Below the pieces are notes generated by a model that saw nothing but the letters and a program-made list of their open reading frames with translations, did not search any database and was not told where the DNA came from. A DNA stretch of 62,249 bases, filler included, from Choristocarpus tenellus KU-1152 (lineage: Eukaryota > Protista > Phaeophyceae), in NCBI GenBank assembly GCA_964200185.2. It is 9 parts of 9 records of this genome, joined end to end, with 100 filler letters (N's around TTAATTAATTAA, not from the genome) between each part and the next. Parts side by side here need not be neighbours in the genome. Positions count along the whole stretch, not along the records: positions 52,728 to 62,249 come from CAXNAD020003612.1; 8 more parts are not named here. One strand, written 5' to 3'. This document shows positions 52,748 through 62,249 of the stretch, in pieces. How positions within the stretch are numbered: position 1 is the first letter of the stretch; the number at the start of each line of letters is the position of its first letter. The position numbers and the translations under genes were made by a program.

Positions 52748-55700
52748 TCCAGTGTTCTTGGCATTTGAGTACACCCCCTATGCTGCCCAAGAAGGGGTCT
52801 TTCTTCTGCCTCTCCACTAGCTCTAGCACGTCCAATAGAGTAGCCATCGCTCTCTTGAGAGTGGGATGGATGGTGTTGAACCATCTCTCTCATTCGAACT
52901 ATTCTGTCACTGCCCTTCTTGTTCTTTGGCCTTGGTGTACTTGTGCGCCTTTTCTTGTTAGGTGGCTTATCTTCTCTTGCTTTTCCTTTTATTTCTACCT
53001 TGTCTTCGAGGGTAGAGTCTTAAAGTTGCCAACCAAAAGTGTTAGTGGCGTTAAGTGGGGGAAGGAGTTGCAGTGGGGTGTGTGTGTTGGGTCTACACGA
53101 GGTGTTTTATCAGGGGTCATCCAACCAGAGGGAGGGGGTTTACACACTGGCATACTTTGATCCTGGGAACTACAGAGTGGTAACCAACCTTGAACGCTTA
53201 AGTCTCGATTATCAGGTCCCGTGTGGCAATCTTGCAGAGCTGACAGTATTCCTGAAAGTGTGATATCAACAGTTCCCTGCAGTAACATTTGTGCTACACC
53301 TAGACTCGGTTCATCATTCATGGAAGGAGGGAGCATACTCTAGTTCTGAATCTACCAACGCACAGATAGAGCAAGGGGACAGTGTGGGGCGACCTGGGTT
53401 TAGGTCTGATGTACCTAAATCCTGCAAACATACACCATCTAGGACAGGTCCTCGTGGTCCAGTGTAGTTCTTGCCACAAGCTACAGTCGGATCATCAGGA
53501 AAAGAATCGTCGATATCCAAACCTGATCCTATTGGTGAGGAGAGTCGTGACCGTCCATCCGGTAGTTGGTGTTTCGAGCCTGCTCGCCACTTCAGTTCCA
53601 TATCGTGGTCCATAAGACGGAGGGTTCACCTGTGGAGCTTGGGGCTAAGTTCACGACTCTTGAAGAGCCAAGTCAGAGCAGAGCAGTCAGTGACTAGGGT
53701 GAATTTCCTACCCCAGATGTAGGAATGGAAAGTGTTCTACAGCCCACAAGATGGCCATGCATTCCCTTCCAGTGGGTGCTCTCCTACTCTCTGTTTTAGA
53801 TCATCTATGGCTAGCATATGCTATGACATGTTCTTGATCATTATCCTGTACCTGGGTCAGTGTTGCTCCAGCCCTTCCTCACTAGCATCTGTATGTAGGG
53901 GGAACTTCTTATCCCAGTCAGGAAAGACTAGGATTGGTGGAGAGAGCAGACGCACCTTAAGTTCTTCAAAGGCTTTCTGCTCCTCTGCTCCCCAAGGGAT
54001 ACTCTTCTTCCTGTCTCTTTTGGAAGCATACCCTTTATTCCGGAGGATGTCAGTCAAGGGTGCAGCTACTTGGCCATAGTTCGGAACAAACTGTCCCATG
54101 TATCCTGTAATGCCTAGGAAACTCCTTAACTGCTCGACTGTAGATGGGGGATCAAGTTTTGCTACTGCTTTCATTTTCGATGGGGCAGGACTCAAGCCAT
54201 CTCTACCTACCTTCATTCCTACAAATTCTTGTGAGGGCATGCACCACAAGGATTTGGGGAAGTTCACAGACAGACCGTATTGCTTAGGTCTGGTGAGAAG
54301 GAGGCGAAGTTTGGTCATGTGTTCATCAAATGATGAGCTACAGCAAAAAAGATCGTCTAGTCAGTTTTCTACATAATTTCCTTTGAGATCTCCTAATGCC
54401 TCTCTCATGTAGCTAGATAATACTGCAGGTAAGAGTTTCAACCCAAGGCCACACCTGTTATATTCCCAAAGTTATCCATGAGCATCACGGAAGGCTATTT
54501 TATGTTTGTCTACCTCTGCAATTTCTAGTTGAAAGAATCCCGATGCTAGATCTATGGCAGTAAAATAGCTAGATCCCTTAAGCTTGTCAAAGATGCTGGT
54601 GATGTTCCCAAGACCTCTACTATCACTACGTGAGAGATCATTAAGCATCCTATAGTCTATGTACAACCTCAAGGTCCCATCTTTCTTACGTACTGCTACT
54701 ACCGCTGCTGCCCATGCTGAGGTGGAGGTCTGATAATACCACGTTCCTGCAACTGCTCAACCTCGGCCTGAATCACCTGCGTTTCTTCAGGAGAAAAGCA
54801 CCTTTGTTTCGCTGCATATGGTGTGCAATTCTCGTATAATAGTGGTATATGTAATACTCCTCTAGAGCATGGGGGGACTCGTTTGGGATCTTCAGGGAAT
54901 ACTCCTAAACTTCTAAATTCTTCCAACAATCCCACCAACTGTTTCTTCTGCCCTAGTGTCAGCTGTCCTATATTGGCATCACTAAGGCTCACCGATTGAT
55001 GACAGAACCTCTTGGCTTCACCAGAAGGGGTACCTTCTTCCTCTTGCTACCGGGCAGTCACTAGTCTCGTCTGCTTCTGGGGAATGCCTTGTCTGAAAAC
55101 CAGTCCTGGCAAGCAGAACCTGTGCTATTTGAGGATCTTTGGGGGAATGGGCTAGTGACTGAAAGAGTGCAACAACCCTCTCTCTATCCTGGGTATTCAG
55201 AGCAATGGCCTTTGCAACTGGCAGTCCTGCCTGGACACTACTGGGCTTACTGCACGTATTTACGAGCTCGCAATAAATGGGGGTTCCTGAGTTCCACCAT
55301 TGTACACCTCTGGCAACTCCAACAACATTTCCTAATTCCAGGTTATACTCTGATAAAGGTTCAATCACCACAAACTGTCTGGATTGTGGTTGTGCCCCCT
55401 TAACAAATCCTTTGCAGACTTTGCTGACAAACCCTTCTACATGTTCTACTCCTGACAGACGCAATTCCCATTGCAGGGTCCCATCGTCCTCCCACGCTAC
55501 ATCTACCGGAAGAGATATCACACCTGGATTCTCCAATGATCGGGCCAGAGGGTCCTTGTCTTGAGTAAGGTCTATTGTGGCGATACCTGCCTCTGGATCC
55601 GTATCTTGGGTACCTGCTTCTGGGTCTACTTCAAAAAAAGTTGCATGTTCCTTCTCTGGTGGCATATGTTCACCGATTAGGGTACTAGTGCATCTTGGGA

Positions 55701-57505
55701 GTCTAGGGAGTTTGTCAGGGGGGGGTTCTCTACATCCAGCTGATATGGGGTTATTGAGGGGCAGTCTGTGATACTTGGATGGTCGGGTTGTGGGTGTCAT
55801 TGATGCTTGCCACTCTCCTAGGGCTGACAGTGGTGTATTGTTTATCATAAGATCGGGGAGTCACAGCTCGAACAAAAGGTATCCATGGCGAGTTTGGAGC
55901 TGGTCGAAAGTCTTACCCTTCTCTAAAAGACAACATACTCTTGTTCTGCGTACATAATGCTTCTCCTAGAACCATCCCGTAAGGTAAGCCTTCCACTACC
56001 CTAAATGACACATTGCAGACTCTATCCTCTGAGGGAAACAATATTGGCAGTATGCAGGATCCTAGTACCTACATAGGTGGAATCTTGCATCCTTTCGGAT
56101 TTGCTGCATGCAACATACCTTTACCGGTTTGGTTAAGGTACGGCAGGCCGGTGCTACCCAGAGAGTAGTACTGCGCCAAAAAGCAGACGAAATGTAGTTC
56201 CCACCTCCTGCACCTGTGTCAAGGAGTATCTGTATAGGAATTCTCGAGTGGACTTTACGAGGGTGCCACAGCAAGGCAGATAGCCATACTCGACTAGTTC
56301 GTTGGGCAGTTGACATAGTGGATATTTTCGAGGTAGGTGTGAGGGGGTCATGCTTCCTATGGCTACAGTGGCTAAGTTCCCTGGAGTTGAAGACTCCAGG
56401 GTGCACCCTCAGGGTAACTCAGGAACTTCAGAATCGGTCGGGCAGCTTGCAAATAGTGGCGGAAACTCAAAGTCCTGCATCGCGGCAAGGTAATGCAAAT
56501 GAGAGTCTGTCAAGGCTACCATCTACGCGACTCATTCGCTGGGGTAGTACTTTGCTTATCTTGAGAAAGATATGCAAAGTAACCTCTAGGTACTATGGAG
56601 TCGTCTTGAGTATACCTACACCTGCGGCTAATAGACTTGAAGCAATCGCGACCAAACGTGTGATGGAAGCAAACTCGATGTGCCTTGAGCCACTCGACAA
56701 CCTCATCTTGGGGAGCAGATGGTGAAGGCAAATCCTTACCCGAATGGTGTCGACCTGTATCGCTTGCTCTATCTATTTATGGATCGGGGCACAGACTGGG
56801 TGGTGGGTGTTGCTGGTCGAACGGGTGTGGATGCATTGCTCTTCGAAACGAACGTAGTCCCACATTTTCCAGGAGCAGAAGCAGGTTGATTTGTCAGCAT
56901 AGCACAGACAGTGGGCAAGGGGTTCGGGGACAAAACAGGTTGGAGCATCGGCGCGAGGGTCGCCAGCACACTGTTGACCACCTCTCGGTGTGGTGGTGGA
57001 TTCTGGCTTGGCACCTCCTGCGGCAAGGATGTCCTGCTATGTTGGGGTAATTCCAGTTCCTGTCCGCCTATCGGGGTGTCAACTGGGTCAGACAAAGGGT
57101 CGGAAATGCTTGCGAAAATAGCACGAGCGTTAGCCATTCTACCTAAAGCAGGAGGTGTCTTAACTTTGTACGATGCAGATTTTGTAGCATTTTGATTGGT
57201 TGGGAAAAATGCATACTGTCGCTACGATTGGACGATTCTTCGATAAGATCGTCAAAGATCCGTTCTGCTCTAATTCCTCGCTGTACCATTTCACCTTCTA
57301 AAGGATTATTCTGGGAAAATGGGCGAATTTGGTTCCGAATCTCCTTTCGAAATGAAAATGCCATCGACTCTACTCCAATCTGATCTAGAACATTGGGAAG
57401 AAGAATAGGAAGAGCTCGTTCACATAGATCAATGAGTTGATCTTCAGCTATATACCTCCAAAAGAAAGTTGTCTCGCAGACATGAGGAATCCTCGAATCT
57501 CCGGT

Positions 57506-58579
57506 TTATGCTCGATAATGTAAGACAAGCCGATTGGCTGCAGCTTTCCACGATTCCCCTCTCTCGGTCCTTAAAGAACTCATTGCGTTCCTTACAGCAT
57601 TCTTCGACTGATTATAAGAAAGAGTGCATTCTCTCACCAGGATTCGAACCCACTCCGTCGCTGTCACGTCTTCCCTAGGAACTCGAAGGAGTTGTCCGGT
57701 GACGCTCGGGACTTCCACTGTAGATAAGTCGCTTAGGAGATCACTGTGGGTCCTAAGAGAGTCAGACAGTAGTTGATCAAGAAGCTCGATGCGGAAAGGG
57801 GTAAGGGCATCACTACATGGGCGTGATGTATTACGATAGTGGACACGATCTTTGGGTAAGGCCCACGATCCTCCTTGGATCCTCCCTAAAGCCTTGGTGA
57901 GAGTGTCAGCAAAAAAAACGGGATTGTTTGACATGGTAGGGGCGGAGTTATCTGCAGGTACTCCAAGAAAGACGGGGCCGTTAGCAGGGTCTCCGAGTTT
58001 CTTATGAATGCGTTCCATGGTTTTAACACAATCCCAGGGATAACGCATGTCGAGGTTGCGCTCCTGCCTATCGCGTCGTGACTCATGTGACTCAGCTCGA
58101 GTACGTAACTCACGATTCTCTCTTCGCAGCTCTGCCTCAACATCTCTGGACCGACGTGCCCTACTCAGGCTATTCCTTCGAGATGGCCTGGGTGATACAG
58201 ACCTTTGTGAAGAAGAATAATCACTGGTCCGACGGTGACGACGTGGTGAGCGAGTGCGGCCTCTGCATTCTTCTCTGGTCCTCCATCCGTCTCGGTGAGA
58301 GTGCCTGTCCCGGGATCTCGATCTGGAGCGGGATCTGCCACGAGTGGAAGACCGAAAACGAACGCGCTCTCTGCGCTTGCCTCGACGTTCAGCAGCGTGG
58401 ACACGGCTGCGACCAGAATTGCCTTGAGTTGTGGTACTGGACTGGAATCTCTCGGAATCATCGATTCCTTGAAGAGTCTGTAGGTCGGAGGCGAACTCAG
58501 CTTCTTGCGAATACTGTGAGCCAGACATGTCCGAAAACCTGGGAGGGTAAAGGGCAAGATGGCAATCAAAAGAGAACAA
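57506..58579 (-). pseudogene. Gag N-terminal ORF of the Ty3/gypsy element (RS-rich)
   Basis: 357-aa ORF downstream of the PBS and upstream of protease. Contains an RSRSRSRSRDR tract, a coiled coil and a gag-like ESWKAAANRL segment. Confidence 0.75.
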
Positions 58580-58895
58580 AAATGTGTGAGTTAAGGAATG
58601 CAGAACAATTGACTACCTAGGCAACATCTCAACCCTGGTGGTCAAAGACCACTCATTCTATGACTATAAGGCGAATGATATGGCGGTCAGAGGCCACTCG
58701 TTTTACGGCTAGAGAAGGATGATTCCCTCAGATTCACAGAAGAAGACGAACCCAAGAGGGAAATCCCATAGACGACGGATGAAGACCACAAACCCACGTG
58801 GAACAAGAAAAGAATCCAGGCGGGCGTGGGAAGCTACAAAACAGTCCTAAGTGCTGAGGAGAATCAAGGAGTAATCCCTCCAGTTTGAAGAGAGG

Positions 58896-58909
58896 CGGTA
58901 GGACCTCCA
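58896..58909 (-). promoter_or_regulatory. Primer-binding site complementary to the tRNA-Gln 3' end
   Basis: Plus strand CGGTAGGACCTCCA resembles the eukaryotic tRNA-Gln 3' end (CGGTGGGACCT-CCA type) and directly abuts TG at 58910. Confidence 0.75.
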
Positions 58910-59820
58910 TGTTACGGGCGCCCCTCAAAGCTCACCTCCACAGGATGTACAACTCAAATCCAACGACCGACCTTAAAACGACGCTATGAGGGCGTTGCCT
59001 TTTACAACGGTTTGTAGCGTGTAAGGTAGCTCCTTTCTCTTTGATACTCCACTTAGTGCTTAGCTCACAGCTTGAATCAATGTTTCGTTCAGAGATGGAA
59101 ATAAAATAAATAAAAAGGGACTGGCATAAAAGAGGTGGAAAAGTGGGTTACCACTAGAAAGCACTCTTATTAATTTCATCATCCACCCAATTTCGTTGGT
59201 CTTCTATCAACTGCTCTATAGGTACTCCAATCATAAGCCTTTATTCTTCAACTTCTTAGTTACTTCGACATTTTCCTCTGTAATGTAAGGTAGGTATTCC
59301 GAATCTTACTCTGCATCTTCTCAAAATCATCATTTATCCTGTAAGGCTAACTATGTGTTACTAATGTCGTATATAGTTTGTACTTGTCAGACCTCGAGAA
59401 ACATTCCTCACATTATACGTCTGTTACAAATGTTCGTATATCCTAAAACACAAGAAGAAAATGCTCACGCTATTCGTTTGTAACAAATGCTCGCACTTTG
59501 TTGAAATACAAGAAGAAACGCTCACGCTATTCACCTGTAATATGCCCACCAGCGTGAACTAGCAAAACATGTTTCACATTTACCACAGGCGATCTTCACC
59601 GGTAAAGACAACAGATATCATCAATCACCTCAGATCATCCTGTTGCAAAAAAAAAGGAGGAATAGAAAAAGGATATATACTCCTACTAGGTCCACAACAT
59701 CTATCCTTGAATTACTTAGAAAATCTGTCTACACCTGGACTAATCTGAGGATATATTCATTCCCTCTAAGAAAACAGCTTCCCTAGAGTGCCAAGTATCA
59801 TCTGATTATTGCCTGTCTCA
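58910..59820 (-). repeat. Putative LTR of about 910 bp shared by two tandem elements
   Basis: TG...CA ends, bounded by the PBS on one side and a short polypurine tract (minus strand GATGGGGGGCA) at 59821-59831 on the other. No second LTR is in the window, so the 59820 boundary is inferred. Confidence 0.6.
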
Positions 59821-62249
59821 TGCCCCCCATCACGAAGCATACCGACGGCTGCTAGTGTGTAAAACAAGCAATAACATCAACATCAGCCTCCATCAAAAAC
59901 GTTTGTTATTTAGAGGAGGGAGGGAAAGAGGGGGACGAAATTAAGCACTGTATAGCAAAGTAAGTGCAGCTATACGGGGATACAAGGGCTAACAGAAAGA
60001 AAAGGAAAGGACAGGGAAGCAGGGAGATAGACAACAACAGGAAAAAGAAAAGAATGATAATAAAAGAAAAAAAACAAAAGGGATAAATAAAAATTAACAA
60101 AACAAAAAAAAGGTAAGAAAGGACAGAAACAAAAGCATCTTACGCAAACTACTGCCTGGGCTGATATAGCTCAATCATCACCAACTGTCTGGATTGTGGT
60201 TGTGCCCCCTTGACAAATGATTTGCAGACTTTGCTGACAAACCCTTCTACATGTTCTACTTCTGACAGACACAATTCCCATTGCAGGGTCCCATCACCCT
60301 CCCATGCTACATTTACTGGAAGGGGTACTACACCTGGACTCTCCAACGATCGGGTCAGAGGGTCCTTGTCCTGGGTAAGGCCTATTGTGGCAATACCTGC
60401 CTCTGGGTCTACATCAAAAAAAGTTGCATGTTCCTTCTCTGGTGGTGTATGCTCACCAGTTAGAGTACTAGCGCATCTTGGGAGTCTAGGGACTGTGTCG
60501 GGGGGGGGGTTGTCTACATCCAGCTGGTCTGGAGTTATTAGGAGGCAGTCTGTGGTACTTGGATGGTCTGGTTGTGGGTGTCATTGATGCTTACCATTCT
60601 CCTAGGGCTGACAGGGGTTCATTGTTATCACGAGATCGGGGTGTCACAGCTCGAACAAAAGGTATCCATGGTGAGTTTGGAGCTGGTTGAAAGCTTTCCC
60701 ATTCTCTAAATGACAGTATGCTCTTGTCTGCCTACAGAATGCTGCTCCTAGAACCATCCCATAAGGTAAGCCTTCCACTACTCTAAATGTCACATTTTGG
60801 ACTCCATCCTCTGGGGGAAACAATATTGGCAGCATGCAGGATCCTAGTACCTACATAGGTGGGATACTGCATCCATTCGGGTTTGACACATGAAACGTTC
60901 CTTTACCGGTTTGGTTAAGGTGCGGCAGGCCGGTGCTACCTCCCCAGAGAGTAGTACTGCGCCAAAAAGCAGACAAAATGTAGTTCCCACCTCCTGCACC
61001 TGTGTCAAGGAGTATCTGTACAGGCATTCTCGAGCAGACTTTGCGAGGTTGCCACAGCAGCGCAGATAGCCATACTTGACTAGTTCGTTGGACACTTGAC
61101 ATAGTGGATATTGTTGAGGTAAGTGTGGGGGTCATGCTTCGTATGGCTACAGTGTCTAAGTTCCCTAGAGCTGAATACTCCAGGGCGCACCCTCAGCGCA
61201 ACTCAGGAAAATCAGAATCGGTCAGGCTGCTTGCAAATGGTGGCGGAAACTCAAAGTCCTGCATCGCCGCAAGGTAGTGCAAGCGGGTATCTGTCAAGGC
61301 TACCATCGTACGCGACTCGTTCGCTGAGGTAGTACTTGGCTTATCTTGGGACAGATATGCAAAGTAACCCTTAGGTACTACGGAGTCGTCGTGAGTATAC
61401 CTGCACCTGCGACCGATAGACTTGAAGCAATCGCGACCAAAAGCATGATGGAAACAAACTCGATGTGCCTTGAGCCACTCGACAACCTCATCTTGGGGAG
61501 CAGATGGTGAAGGTAAATCCTTACCCAAACGGTGTTGACCTGCATCGCTCGCTCTGTCCGTGGTTATGGAGGACGTAGATCGGGGCACAGATTGGGTGGC
61601 GGGTGTTGCTGGTCGAACGGGCGCGGATGCATTGCTCTTCGAAACGAACATGGTCCCATGTTTCCCGGGAGCAGAAGCAGGTTGGTTTGTCAGCATAGCA
61701 CAGACAGTGGGCAGGGGGGTTTGCGACAAAACAGGTCGGAGCATCGATGCGAGGGCCGCCAGCACACTGTTGACCACCTCTCGGTGTGGTAGTGGATTCT
61801 GGCTTGGCACCTCCTGCAGCAAGGATATCCTGCCATGTTGGGGTAATTCTAGTTCTTGCCCGCCTATCGGGGTGTCAACTGGGTCAGACAAAGGGTCGGA
61901 CATGCTTGCAAATATAGCACGAGCGTTAGCCATGCTACCTAAAGCAGGATATGTCCTATCTTTGTACGACGCAGGTTTTGTAGCATTTTGATTGGTTGGG
62001 AAAAATGCGTACCGGTCGCTACAATAGGACAATTCTTCGATAAGATCGACAAAGATCCGCTCTGCTCTAATTCCTCGCTGTACCATTTCATCTCCTAAAG
62101 GATTATTCTGGAAAATTGCCAGTGGGCGAATTTGGTTCCGAATCTCCTTTCGAAATGAAAATGCCATCGACTCTACTCCAATCTGATCTAGAACATTGGG
62201 AAGAAGAATAGGAAGAGCTCGTTCACATAGATCAATGAGTTGATCTTCA
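59821..62249 (-). mobile_element. Ty3/gypsy copy 2 (gag C-terminus and protease; pol deleted), runs off the window end
   Basis: 60170-62249 aligns colinearly with about 55360-57448. Gag ORF 62167-61193 is open (324 aa) and protease LLDTGAG is present. Homology stops abruptly at about 60170. Confidence 0.92.

Larger units (their letters stand above)
52748..59820 (-). mobile_element. Ty3/gypsy LTR retrotransposon copy 1 (5' LTR, PBS, gag, PR, RT, RNase H; integrase core not present), decayed
   Basis: Order on the minus strand: gag-like 58579-56409, protease LLDTGAG (about 56220), RT (VRKKDGTLRLYIDYRMLN, IDLASGFFQL, *LDD), then LRSFLGITGY and RNase H (LHTDAS, FTLVTDCSAL). The PR-RT-RH order is gypsy-type. 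Many stops and frameshifts. Confidence 0.95.

Noticed and set aside
57630-57660. ccaggattcgaaccc as a tRNA T-arm / B-box
   Set aside because: It lies inside the gag ORF with no cloverleaf or A-box around it.
56216-58620. Long plus-strand ORFs (56216-56725, 58078-58620; also 61560-61991) as antisense genes
   Set aside because: They are shadows of the minus-strand gag and their boundaries are not conserved between the two copies.

Overview
Eukaryotic nuclear DNA: gene-sparse, intron-containing and rich in repeats. It is probably a brown alga or related ochrophyte, inferred from CCCTAA interstitial repeats, a nuclear SDH3, a bipartite-targeted methyltransferase and a Gal-3-O-sulfotransferase-like gene. 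The window is nine contigs joined by eight artificial N-TTAATTAATTAA-N linkers. Four spliced genes could be built by hand: a mannitol-dehydrogenase/UxaB-family oxidoreductase (minus strand, 3' part missing) head-to-head with SDH3, a class I SAM methyltransferase, and a Golgi-type sulfotransferase. The rest is mostly transposon-derived. It includes three MITE families that share GRG...CYC termini and 4-bp target-site duplications (Sola2-like), a Stowaway-like MITE, and RTE-LINE, copia and hAT remnants. At the right end is a head-to-tail pair of Ty3/gypsy elements sharing one LTR. That retroelement is the most unusual object in the window. It has a tRNA-Gln-type primer site, an RS-rich Gag with a CCCH (not CCHC) zinc finger, and a gag stop codon followed in both copies by a 7-nt spacer and a wobble-conserved stem-loop, a candidate recoding signal. 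A decayed ERV/ALR sulfhydryl-oxidase-like sequence may be a giant-virus fossil.
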